This document shows, one piece after another, positions 49,791 through 61,937 of a stretch of DNA of 64,000 nucleotides. Every line of letters starts with the position of its first letter. The stretch's first letter is position 1. A model generated the notes under the pieces. The model saw only the letters and a program-made list of their open reading frames with translations, was not told the DNA's origin and did not search any database. The translations under genes were made by a program, and so were the position numbers. Source of the DNA: Lama glama (lineage: Eukaryota). The stretch covers positions 10,480,001 through 10,544,000 of the forward strand of contig CM052818.1 of NCBI GenBank assembly GCA_028534125.1, written 5' to 3'.

Positions 49791-50499
49791 CAAGATGACC
49801 TTTCAACTTGATAAAGTTCCATGAGTTAGATGAACTCTATTCTTATATCTCTATGTAGATATGAAATGCTATAGTTCAGAACAATTTTCTTTACATTGTC
49901 TCTGGAATTTAGAGCTAGTGGTAGTAAGACTAAACAGATTGTCTCAGACTGCATATGTTAAACAGACCATCTAGACTTCAAGCTTATTCACAAAGGTGCA
50001 TGGTGATTCTGAGGAAGCATCTTTGGTACATTCTCCTCTGTGCTTCTTTTTCATCTTTCATAACCATTTCTCTGGCATCCTACCCTCTGGATGCCTTGGG
50101 ATGTTTCCCTTCTCTGAGAACATCCCTATCCAGCTCTGCCCTCCCTAGATAGGATTTCATGATCTGGATCTTCCCTTCCCACTTCCAACAAAAGCACAGC
50201 TCGAATGTTCCTGCCCCTCAGGCTACGCTCTATGTTTTCTAGCTAGTTAATAAAATAACTACACAAGAACATGGAGATGGTTGGACTCTAATGGATTAAT
50301 AAATTATGGTGCAGCCACTATCTCCCACTATCAAGTCTCCTTCTTGGAAAAGTGAAGAGGCAGGTGTGAAGAAGCTCTAAGATCCCATGTTTTTCAGTTT
50401 TGTTTTCAGTATATGATCCATGAACCTCCACACGTTATTCTTACATTTTGACAAGAGCCTTCCATACATAATGGGTCTTAATTAAAAGAGCACTCTTCC

Positions 50500-51488
50500 C
50501 TCTTCTGCCCCTTAAATGGAGTGCCCCTAGGTGTAACACTTGGCTGCCTCCCCTCTTATGGGGGATCCCTCTGACCCCACATTTATGCTAATGACTCCAA
50601 AGTCTGTGTTTCTAGTCTTCCTCTGACCTTGAGTACCGAATGTCTGCTTGTAACTATCTTTTGGCCATTTCCATTTGGGTTTTCCACAGTCTTCCAAAAT
50701 TCACTAAATATTGGGAAAAAAAATCATTATTTTTGTGCTCTTCCAAGCTGTTCTTCTATCGTTATGGAATATTAATGATTAATGCCACTCTCTTTGTCAC
50801 CCACTGGAGAAATTCACCTTCCTCACCTCTCACAACCATTCCAGTCAGTACCACCTGTTCATTCTTCATTGTAAACTTCTCTGTCATCCATCCAGTGTCC
50901 TTAACTCCCCAGAATTGCCCTCATCTATTTTTCTTAGAAATTATTGCAGTGACCTTGTTTAGGTTTCCCATCATCTAGTGCTGTTTTATGCCAAATCTTC
51001 CTGTTATGATAATGCCACAGGGTCTGTGGGAGAAGCAAGTAAGATAAGCAACAGAAACAGAGATGTGCTTTGTAAGATTTGAAGTGTTCTGCTAGTGTGC
51101 TCTACTATTTGTTGCATTCTGGAAAGACAGATTGCTGATTCTGGCTTCTGAGTCTTTGTGCTGCTTCCTGTGTATAGAATGTTCCTCTTTCTCCCCTCTC
51201 CTTTTAAAAATAATACCCCTTCCTCAAGGCCAAGCACAAGCTCACGTTTTCCAGAAGCAGGATCTAACCATCCCCGCCCTCTTTAAAGTCTTCCTTCTAA
51301 ACACCTGTGTTTCCACCCTTTGCTTTTCAGTAGTTACACTCTTGAACTCCCATTTGATTTCCTGGGCCATGGGTTGTAGTCCATGACCAGGTTGTAAGGT
51401 AGCTTGAAAGCGGGAACCGTATCTTTATTTCTCTCTGAAGCATGTTAGAAGGTGCTCAAAAGCACTGGATGGATGGATGGATGGATAC
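50500..51488 (+). mobile_element. LINE-2 3' portion (old, L2c-like)
   Basis: atttatgctaatgactccaaagtctg, ggccatttccatttggg, and tail aggtgctcaaaagcactggatggatggatggatgga. Confidence 0.75.
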
Positions 51489-51719
51489 TTCCGTGGGCCT
51501 CTATTTGATTTGGCTTGAAATGATAAATCTGGCACATGCAATCGGTATGAGAAGGACCCCTGTATCCCTCTGTCACAGAGGTCTGACTGTCCGAGTAAAG
51601 GAACAGCATCTGGATCTTGAACCCCTGATTCCATTCAGGGGCAGAGGGAATGAAGCTAGTGAGGCATTATATTCTGGGACTCTTTGCACATTGAATGCTT
51701 TTCTTTCTTGCATGATGTG

Positions 51720-52270
51720 CCACGAAGAGATTGCCGAGCCAGGTGCACGAGGTGGGGACAGTGTTCCAGGCGAGCCCACGGGTCAGCACTGCGGTGTGCG
51801 CGTGCGCGTGCGCCTGCCACCCTCTAGCAAGCACATCGCGGTTTGTAGCCCGTTGTTTCCTCTGCCCAGGTAGTTGGGCGCGTTCAGCACTTTCTCAGCA
51901 AATGTGGTCACTGTCCCTCTTGCTTATCCAAATACACAATTGGACAATAAACGGAACCATGGGAAATTCACAGTTCCAGGGGTCTTCATTTATTGCTGGT
52001 TTTAAATGAACCTTGATGCATTGGATGAAAGAGCCATTAACGGGAAAGTGTTTAAACTGCATCAGAAGAGGGGAGAAAATCGTCCAACATTTGGTCAGTC
52101 TGACAAGGTAAAAGGGAATAGGGGGTGGAGGTGTGCTATTAGAGAAAGAAAGACTTCCTCACACAATAGTGCTGAAGAGCAGGCATGGGGCGGAATAAAG
52201 TGCCGGCGTGGGTCCGGAAACAATGCATAAATACCATAAATACGTGCAAAGTTCGCGGGCGGGAGAGTAA
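51720..52270. promoter_or_regulatory. Candidate cis-regulatory element with retained CpGs (NRF1-, E2F-, ETS-like motifs)
   Basis: gtgtgcgcgtgcgcgtgcgc (51794-51813), gggaaattca (51961-51970), ttcgcgggcggga (52252-52264); CpG clearly above the window background. Confidence 0.5.
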
Positions 52271-52883
52271 TTCTTTCTTTACAGTTAAAAACATTACAAA
52301 TGCCTTCAAGCTTCCCTCTCTCTTCTCCCAGCTATGCTCCTCCTTCCTTTGATTCTCTGTCTATGGAACTTAAAATATATTTGAGGCGCTTAAAGGAAGC
52401 CTTCAACTACTGTTTAACAAGTCAATACTAATTATTGTTTAGCACTGGATTATGGGCCAGATCATGGAATTAAAACAGAGCTGTTAGGACACCTTTGTAC
52501 CTGGCAAAGAGTTAATGAGCACATGCTGGGTCCCTGTAGTAACTGCCAAGCTGGTTCACTGTTTTATTTCAGTGGCGCAGGAACAGAATCTAATAAATCA
52601 TTTGACTTTTATCTCGATGCTTCCTTCTTCATTAGCAAAATGAGGAAGCTTCATAGTAATGTTTATCATAAATTGGGAAATTATTTTTTTATATTGTTCA
52701 ATTAGAGTGGGGTGGATGTGTATATTAGAGGAAGAAAAAAATTACAAGCAAATCTAGGATCAGCAAAGTATAGCATGAGCAGAGAGAGTGACTCACCTCC
52801 TGAGACCCTGCCTGGATGGTGACCGGACTTCTTCAGGGCTGTGTGTTTGGTGGATTATGGATATAGATTGCAGGCAGTGGACA

Positions 52884-52884
<1 letters not shown>

Positions 52885-52936
<52 letters not shown>
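52885..52936. repeat. Perfect (TG)26 microsatellite
   Basis: Counted directly. Confidence 0.97.
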
Positions 52937-52942
<6 letters not shown>

Positions 52943-53075
52943 GGTATAGTATGGCAGCCTACATCTCTAGAAATGGGAGGTCAAGGTTTCTGCCTCCAGG
53001 CCCAGTCACTTGGGAGTTGCTTGGTAAGGGCTCCAAAGCCAGGACAATATGGGAAAAGGGAAGGGAGCTGGGAGG

Positions 53076-53255
53076 AACAAGGGTGAGTTATGAGCAACCT
53101 GTTTGTTCTGATGAGATGTTCAGCTGGGTAGGCAGCCAGACTTCTCATAGCAACTCAGTTCATCAGATCTCTGCACAACTAAATGGTCATGGCTTTGGGG
53201 TCCTGCTGACTGGAGTGAGATTTGAACCAGTGACCTGTAAGCGAGAAATGCTATT
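53076..53255 (-). mobile_element. Probable LF-SINE relic (ancient tRNA-derived SINE)
   Basis: The minus strand reads agcatttctcgcttacaggtcactggttcaaatc...aaagccatgaccattt...tgaactgagttg...catcagaa...cacccttgtt, colinear with the recalled LF-SINE consensus; it includes a Pol III B-box (ggttcaaatc). Confidence 0.65.
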
Positions 53256-56200
53256 TGCTATTGCTGGGTGCATGTGCTGTTTCATTTGACCCTCTCACTG
53301 CACCCCCCCCCCCACTGGCCATGGGCTCCTCAAAATTAACATTAAGACATGTTCAGCACTGAAATGTGGGGTACAGGTGACTGTCCCACTTAACCTGGTG
53401 GTCTGATCTAAAGTTGATTTTTAAAATCTGTGGAAATGGTTGGTAAAATATATTATTTGTATAAATTCTATAAATTTTAATTTTCTTATGTGGAAACAAA
53501 GCAGAAGAAATATTTTCCATATAAGTCAAGGTGAGGTAAAGGATAATGTATAGCTTAATAACAGATTCTGTTTTTCTTCCCGTTAAGTCTCACTACTTAC
53601 TTCAGTAATTTGTAATATTGGAATTGCTTTGTGGGAACTAAGAGTCCATTATGATGTGTATCTTATGCAACTGGCATTACATGTAATATTTTTTTTAAAA
53701 ACTCTTAATCTTTAACCTCAGTATTGCATAAAGGTACAGGGGATCAATTATAGATAAAAAGAGGGGAGATCTCAGAGGACTTGCAAACCTATTGGCAATG
53801 TCTCAAGATACAGTACTGGGTCTGTATATATTGGTCTTTAGTTTTCCATGCCCCAGACGAGGAGAAACGTTGTAATTGATTTTATTTGAAAGCAAGAGAT
53901 GGGGCCAAAGGGGAACTTTTGGTCTACAGTTTTTGCTTTCAGCCCATATAAAGTAAGCATTCCTACCAGAGGTGTTTAATGGTATACTCAGTCTTTTTTA
54001 TTTTTTTTAAATACAAGTGTGAATGGATGCCTCAGGCTAAGCAAACTCCACCTCTCAGAACCTCAGAGGCTGTGGGAATGATCCCTGCCCTCCCGACCCA
54101 TCCTTAATTGGCCTATAGTCCAAGAAGCAATTAAAACTAAGGGTCTGATTCATAAAATGTGAACATGCCATTTAAATGTGTGCAGGGGGATTCCTGCTCA
54201 TAATACTGGGATAGAAGCAGCAAGGGCTTTATTTTTATCCTCTAAGCCTACCTTTCATAAATTTACTTTTCTTCTCTCCTCTGGGCCCTAAATGCCCTCC
54301 ATCCTTTTTCTGACAAATCTGAAGCCTGCTTCAGGGCCAAGGTTGGGCTCAAGTCCTTGGGTGCCTGTCACGATGACCTGCTAACTTAGTCCCCATCCTG
54401 CCCCTCCTCGACTGGTGTTTTAATCATGATTTTTCCATATCTATTTGTATTTAACCATTTTATTAGTTTGCCCAACAGAATATAGGAAGAAAACTCTAGA
54501 AACCGAGTTGAGCATTGCTGTGTGCAGACTGAAGCTAAGGGAAAGTTGCCAGAACTTGCCAGAGAGGAGCTTCAGAAATGAGTTGGGGGAAGAGAAAGTA
54601 CCCCTGAATTTCAAGATGTTTAATTACAATACCAGGGAATCCCTCATTTGCACAATTGCTATGTATGTTTTCCTGCAGTGTATATGCCCCTTACGCTCAG
54701 CCCTCCACTCCATACCATTAGGCCCCGAATATTGCTGTTATATATTATAGTATATAATATAGAATGCCGAGTTTCTGAAATCTGCATGGAAATTCTGTTA
54801 AGTTGAACATGAGTCTTGGGAAGCATTTTATACATTATTTGTTTTAGAATGAACTCTGAGAAACAGAGAGAGTCTCTTGTAGGAGATACTAATTAGGGTG
54901 TAGAAATCATATATTCTTTAGTTCAACCACAATTCTAAGCACAGGAGTCCATTTGAGGTGTCTCTTAGACTAATGTCCAGCCCTAGGAAAGAACCATAAT
55001 AATATGCCCCTGAGAGTGTTGTGGTAGCTGTCTGGGACAAACTAAGTTGACAAATAATCACTTGATTCAGTTCTTATATTTGCTTTGTCTAATAAACTAG
55101 TCTTATCCTTTACTATTTCCTGTAATTTGTATTCTACTGCTATTCACAAAATTTCGATTTATTTTCCAGAATACTGCTATAGGCCTTGTTATCTTGGACT
55201 CTTTTTTTCAGCCTTCAAATGGGGCACGGGGTTATCTGGTACTTTAGCCCATGGTAGAGGGCTGCATCTACACAACACCAAGCAACCAGGCAGAAAGTGA
55301 AAAACTTCAGTCCCTCTCCCAGATGGCCCCAGATGCATGGCATGGTGTAGACCGAAACAGCCAGATGGCTGAATGGATTTTTCACTTTCCATCTGGGTGC
55401 ATGACATGGTGGAGATGCAGCCAAAGTCTTGAGCCAAAAGAAAATGCCAGCCAAGGAGATGAGGTATTGCTACTTTCCAGGCACCTCGCTCCTGCTGGGT
55501 GGTATTGCGACCTTGGTTTAATTTATTCTCTCAGAAGCAGGTCACCCTTATGGGAACAATGATTGTCGACCTCTTAAAGTAAAGAGGGAAGCAGACAGGC
55601 CCAAAAAGACTTGGAGAGAATGTCCCTTTTGCTTTCTTGTGAGGACAGGTCTTTTACTGACTAGGTGAGAACAGTGACACCTGGGGAAGGCCCTTTCCTT
55701 CTAGGTCTCCAGAGGTCACCAAGCTGAAGGCACTACAAAACACCAAGTGACAACGAAAACATCAAGGGACTTGCTGTCCATCATGGGCATCACTAAATCT
55801 TTTTGAACAACCCTGGGCAGTGAATTACGGCAGCGTGGAATTGACTTACAGTTTATTTCTAGTAACAGGCAGTTACTATGTCAAATCTGAAACCATTCAG
55901 AAAGGCCTATAAAAATATATGACAAAGTAACAGGCTACCTCTAGCTCCTTTTAGCATGTTTATGAGTTTAAACTGCATTGAGCTTGTGTTTATAGAAACG
56001 AATATAGGGATTTCTTATGTCCGCTTTCTTCTCTCTCTCTCCCTCCTCGGCAGTCAGCTTTTTTGTGACTGTAGGGTGGTATCCAAGACCTTCAGAATGT
56101 CTGAACTCCCAACCAGAGCTGCCATTCTGTTTAGAGGCAATCTCAATTGATGAACATACAACGTGTATTTTTCTAGAATAGTTGAAGTTCTTTTGTTGAG

Positions 56201-56723
56201 GAACCCGATAGTTGAATGACAGTTGTAAAAGAAAATCATTTCCAAGTTACCTTTCACCCACTCTTCCCCCTAACGCTGCTTGACAGTACTGAGAAACTAA
56301 TTGCAGCCTGAGTAGGGCCACGGGACACATGCTGCAATCCAGGCATAATGCGACACCAAATATAATAAGGTAACATATTGTTAAAAGTCAGTATCCCAAG
56401 TCTAACAATACGGTGTCACAGACTCATAAGCGTGTAACCATATAATACATAATTGTCATCTGCAGAGAAAAGATCTAATTTTGATAATGCATATTGAGAT
56501 TGGTTGTCTGAAAAATGCTCATGGCTCCAGAAGGTTTGACAGTCCTGAATATCACATAATAGCATGTAGCCAAGGAACATGGGATGAAGGGAAGAGAGAC
56601 TCTATTCCAGAACGCAAGCACTCCCACTCACAGTTTTATTTTTAAAAGAACACGGTTCTGTTCAGACAATGAGCAAGTTTACTGTGAAGGGTGATTTGTT
56701 CCTGGGTTTCCATATCTAGAAAC

Positions 56724-56746
56724 CGTGTGTGTGTGTGTGTGTGTGT
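56724..56746. repeat. (GT)n microsatellite
   Basis: Read directly. Confidence 0.9.
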
Positions 56747-57784
56747 GAGTGAAGGTCCCAATCCATCTCTGGGAGTCTGAGCTATAGGATTCTGCTTTGA
56801 CAAGCACAGATATCCTGAGGTAAGAGACCTGGTGTAGATTTAAAGGACTTGATGTAGCTTTAAATTTCAAAAAAATTAAGCAAAATCAACAGACTCTTGA
56901 AACAGGCTGTATTTCATACTACAATATTTCCTCAATTCTAGAAAATAGCTTTTTAGCATTTTAAGATAGCTGTGGTCAGCATCCCTCTAATAGTCTATGT
57001 GTAGACTTTTCATCCCTAAAACACTGTTTTTAAATAAAAGACATACCTTCCAACCCATAGAACCTAAGAGCTGAGGAAAGCATGCAACAATTAATATGCT
57101 AGTGTATTTATTGGACATATATGGTGTCCCTAATGTAGCAAAAGACCTTTAACGAGTGTTTCATTTCAATTTCATATGAACCTTATGGAGGAGCTAATTT
57201 TATTTCCATTTTATGGACAGAATTCCAAGACCCATAGCCACAGAGTTATCTTACAGGCTCTCTTTCCCCTGTATTCCAGAATCTGGTCATTTCTGAGTGT
57301 GTCTCCTCATGACAAGGTGTAGTGCAATGAGGCGTTTTTCCCATATCCATACCTTTGCTGGGGTCCACTGCCCTGGACTCACTGATTCTCAAATCCCATT
57401 GACTGCAATAAACCTGGGCTCTCGTTGATCTGGTTGTAGCTCTCATAACTAGAAGGTTTGCACTTCTTTCAAATTTCTAGAGCATTGGTTTGTATCTCTT
57501 GCCTTGTGTTGTTCATCTGGGGCTGCCCTGTCAATATACATTTATGACTCTTTACTAGATGAAGACTTCTAAAGGGCAGGGACATTTCTGGGGCCCTTCA
57601 TCAATCACAAGATCCAAGCATTTAGTCTGTACATTGTGTGTGAACATTAAATATATAGAGAACAAGTACAAAGTATAAAAGAAAATCAGACTCATACCAT
57701 TTAAAGAGGGTGAAAGGAACTTTGAGGTTGTTATCTTTGCTTCTCAGTAGCACCTGACTCCCTGTGGCACTTCCCTCTTGAGAC

Positions 57785-58380
57785 CCATTCATTCATCCAT
57801 TCATTCATTCATTCATTATTTCCTCATCAAATTTTTATTGTACATGGTTCTGTATTCAAAACATTGGGTAATACAGAGAAAAATAGGAAATAAAACCTCT
57901 GTTTTTGAAGAGATCACAATCTAATTGATGAGGTCACATAGATGTAAATATTAGAGGAGATTGTGGATATGCAAGGCCTCTGTAAGAGGCTGAGATGGTT
58001 TTTATTAGTATTAAAATATTTATCATTCAAAGCAGAGCATGTTAATTGATGCGGGAATTCAGAGAAGGGAACAGTGTCAACGTGGATGATTGGAAAGGCT
58101 TTTTTTTTTTTTTGAGGGAGTTCTTGTACAAGTGGAAATGAGGAATAGCAGAAGAAAGGTGGGGTCATGTGCAGCAGTCATTTCCATCTTAGCTGAGGTT
58201 GGAATGCTGGTGCAGGAGTGACCACAGCAGAAATATTTGTGTGGGCAAGATCATGGAGGACCTGGGCCAGCCAAAGTGCTAGGGGAGCTGCTGAGAGTGT
58301 TTGAGGAGGGGAGAGGCCAGGTCAGGGCTGTGGTCTTGGGAGGTTAGCTCGGCTTGGGGTAGGGATGGTCTAACTACAGG
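57785..58380 (-). mobile_element. LINE-2 3' portion
   Basis: (cattc)n tail followed by antisense L2: attgggtaatacagag, gagatcacaatctaattg, gagagtgtttgaggagggg. Confidence 0.75.
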
Positions 58381-58564
58381 ATGACTCAAGCCCAGGGTTA
58401 GGAAGTGTCAGGAGAGAATAAAGAGCATCGTTCAGAAGGATGCTGTTTTGTTCAAATATGCTTAAAATACAATTTTATCAGAAAAGTATGCTTCATTGAT
58501 GCTGTTGTGAATCTGAGGTCCAGGCCAAATATTCCCCTGTCACTCATGCAATAAGTTCTGATGA

Positions 58565-58720
58565 GTAATAATGATTGTAAGTGATACAAGCATATTAGGT
58601 GCTTTCTATATGCCAAGTATTGTGCTTTTTCATGGACTGTTTGCTTTAATCTTCATAGCAGCTCTAATTGTCCCTCCTTTACAGATGAAGAGGGTGGATA
58701 TTTCAGAGTGGAAGAGAGCA
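58565..58720 (-). mobile_element. MIR SINE
   Basis: gtgctttctatatgccaagtattgtgc...tttaatcttcatagcagctct...tttacagatgaag. Confidence 0.75.
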
Positions 58721-58858
58721 GACGAGGGCACACAGAGGACAGAGTGACAAGCTCCTTAGAACTCTTGTGGGGGGAAGGGGGTCACCTGGCTTGGAACCTA
58801 CTCAGACTATCTTATGACTGGCACAAAGATAACATTTACTGAATACCAGGTACCAAAT

Positions 58859-59321
58859 TGTTCTGAGTTGAATTGTGTCCTCCCAAAGTTCATGTCCTGG
58901 AATTTATGAACGTGACCTTAATTGGAAATAGGGTCTTTGCAGATGTCATCAAGTTAAGATGAAGCCATGCAGAATTAGAGTGGGCCCTAAATCCAATGTC
59001 ATCGGTGTCCTTATAAGAAGAGGAAGATTTGGACACAGAGACACAGACACACAGAGAGGATGCCATATGAAGATGGAGGCAGACAGTGGAGTGCTGTGTC
59101 TAGCAGCCAAGGGACACCAAGAATTTCTGGTGCCCCTTGAAGCTAGAAAGAGGCCAGGAGGAGTCTTCCCCTGGAGTCTTCAGAGAGAGCACAGCTCGGG
59201 CCAGCCAACATCTTCATTTCAGATTTGTAGCTTCCAGAATTGTGAAAATAAATTTCTGTTGTTAATAGCCACCCAGGTTGTGGTGATTTGTTATGGCAGC
59301 TCTAGGAGACTAATAAATACG
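58859..59321 (+). mobile_element. MaLR solo LTR, MLT1C-like
   Basis: tgttctgagttgaattgtgtcctcccaaa...gtgaccttaattggaaatagggtctttgcagatgt...aataaatttctgttg...tttgttatggcagctctagg; ccaaat is present on both flanks (TSD-like). Confidence 0.93.
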
Positions 59322-59455
59322 CCAAATTCTATGTTATTATTACCTTCCACAAAATAAAAAGGTGAAATGTCATTGAGGAAAACTGCAGAGGAAAGACAAT
59401 TCACCATACGTTTTCTACTTGAATCAACTTGTAAAACAGACTCAATCTCAAAGAA

Positions 59456-59683
59456 TTGGGGTCTGCAAACTTCCTGTAAAGGGTCTGATAGTAAGTATTT
59501 TAGGCTTTGCCGGCCATGGGTTCTCATGGCAACTACTCAATGCTGCCATTGTAGAGGGAAAGCAGTGTAGACAATACATAAGCAAATGGGCATGGCTACG
59601 CTCCAATAAAACTTTATTTACAAAAATAGGCAGTGGGTGGGTGGGCTGGATTTGGCCCCTGGGCTATAGTTTGCCCGACTCTG
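59456..59683. mobile_element. hAT-Charlie MITE MER58A
   Basis: ggggtctgcaaacttcctgtaaagggtc...ccaataaaactttatttacaaaaatagg...tagtttgcccgactctg. Confidence 0.9.
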
Positions 59684-60229
59684 ACAAAAGGCCTGGCTTT
59701 TGGAGACCTCCCTTGCCTTCTGAATATGTGGACATTTACAGCTCTCCAAGTGAATGAAACTCCATTTGTGTGTCCACGACTTCTCACATGCCTGATGGGA
59801 CTGAAACTCATGGAACCAATACATTCTCAGGCAAAGTGACATCTCAGTGAATATGTCTCTCAGTGTTGGGCACTTATGCACAGGCTGCGTTTCTCTAGGT
59901 GCCATGGAGAACTTGCCTTTTCCCACCACTCCTAGAACCAGGATTTGAGCCAGCCGAGGAAAGCAGACTCATTGTTTCACAGCCAAACCTCATTTTAAAT
60001 CCTACATGATATGCCCTAGATTGATCACTCATCTTGTTTGCTAGGTTGGTTCTGACCAACTTTTTGACTCATTTCAGAAGTCAAATCCACCCTCAGAAGA
60101 TAAAAGTCGTTACTTTGTGGAGGGGTAGGGGGTCTTTCCAAAGAATTTGCAGAAGGGTCTGACAGGTAGCCCCCATGAAGAGCTCCAAATCCTCTTTGTT
60201 CTGGCAGCATCAGTGGAGTAAGTGCTCAG

Positions 60230-60740
60230 CTTACCAGGGCAGCCACTGGGAAAGTACGGGGCCTCAGCCCCCTGGGTAAATGGTGCTCGGCTTATTAAAA
60301 GGCCGTTTCCATCATCTTCTTAGGCTCACTTCATTCACTGGCCCGAACGTGCATGCAGATATGCGCCTACCCGGGCAGGCAATAGGGGCGTTTAGACACT
60401 CCAGAGACTCGGGGACACCAGCCTCGTTCACCCACACAGCCACCACCTTTCCTTCCCAGGTAGCCAACACCTCTTGAGAAGTGATTCCTCCTCGGGCAGC
60501 TTTTCCAAACGTGTCAGCAACTTCCGGGCCTCGATCTCGTCTCGGCTCAGGGGCAGCCGTACACATCACAGTTTATCAGTATTTCTGAGAGGAGCTGGTT
60601 CTCCTGCCCACCACTGCCGACGTGGGTCTCTGAGGAGCCCTTCTGGCTGGTGTTCCAGGACGCTTTCTTACCCTCTCCCTCTTAGAGTGTTGGTTTCCAG
60701 CTCACCGCAGCGTTCCTTCTTGTCAGAGGGCCGCTGAGTG
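60230..60740. promoter_or_regulatory. Candidate regulatory element with retained CpGs
   Basis: Non-repeat, locally CpG-enriched; ETS/GABPA-type acttccgg at 60520-60527. Confidence 0.4.
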
Positions 60741-61937
60741 TGTGAGAGTTTGTAGCACCTGAGACTCACTTGAGGCTGTCAGATGTGATTCCACCTCCTC
60801 TTTTGAGGCATTGGAGGGAGGAATGCTGCGTTTCATTTGAAAGTTGAGTCTCACTTGGATGCAGGAAGTGATCCTCAGACCATCTGTCTACTTCCTCTAA
60901 TTTTTAAAATTTAAATACAATGTAATGTGTTATTAATTATGTTATAATATATAATGTTATATAAAATTATATATCATAATTATATTAAGTATTAATTCTA
61001 GAGATGATATAAAGAATCCCAAGGGATCATCCCCTTTTTAATGTGGAGGAGAAAAGCATTTCAGGTTTGCACAAATAAAATATTCCTCAGTAGCAAGCAA
61101 TAAAACCAGAATGATATCTGCAGACAGCTTAGCTTTACCCAGCTTCTAACCAACCCCAGAGTGTCCGCAGAAAAGTATCATGCTAATGAAATCATTTGTC
61201 AGTGTTTAGAATCATATTTATCTGCTAGAGAAGTAACAGCTTTCATGATTCTCTTCCTGTATAGCAACTCAGACTGTTTTTTCTGCAGGTTGAATGCTAA
61301 TAATGTACCCCTTAAACATGTGGGATCTTGTTGTTTGGTGACATACACTTCCCTTTGTCCAAGAATCAGCCTGACCAGGTAGAGAACAAGTATCAGAAAG
61401 TTTTTCTTTTTAGAACAATTAAATTACAGACTGTCACTGCTAAATACATATAATTATTCCAACAACGAAAACAGAGGTAATTCTGGTAGTGCCGAAGCAG
61501 GGAATGTGGCTACACCTCGTTTATGTGCCTTTTTGTAGAGGTCTGGGGAAAAGCAGTGTGTTGCCAGGGAGTGAGGTAGAAGTGGTTTGCTGGTTGGCAT
61601 TTGAATGACAGAGCTAGAAGCAACTTTGAGGGTCTTATCACTGAATCACATGTTTAAATGGAGTGGAAAGGTCCTCTAACCCAATGGCCTATGTGGCATT
61701 TGAGGCCTCCCTGCTCCTGAGTAGCCTGACCTTGGGAAAGTAGGACTGATCTTTTCTGTGACCTAAGCTTCCTCAGCAGAGCTTCCAGGCAGTTCCACCA
61801 CCATCCATTCTTAGGTTACTCGGGTTTACTCAGCAAGGCATTTATGTAGACGGTCACCTGATTGAGTTACCAGTCTTGCCCCTTACAGGTAGCAGACCTG
61901 GTTCCTTTGGTAATGCCCACCTTCTAATGATGTATGC

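Noticed and set aside
52841..53289. Cys/Val-rich ORFs (CVCVCV...)
   Set aside because: Translation of the (TG)26 microsatellite.
58959..59839. Cluster of 65-132 aa ORFs
   Set aside because: They lie in MLT1C and MER58A non-coding repeats.
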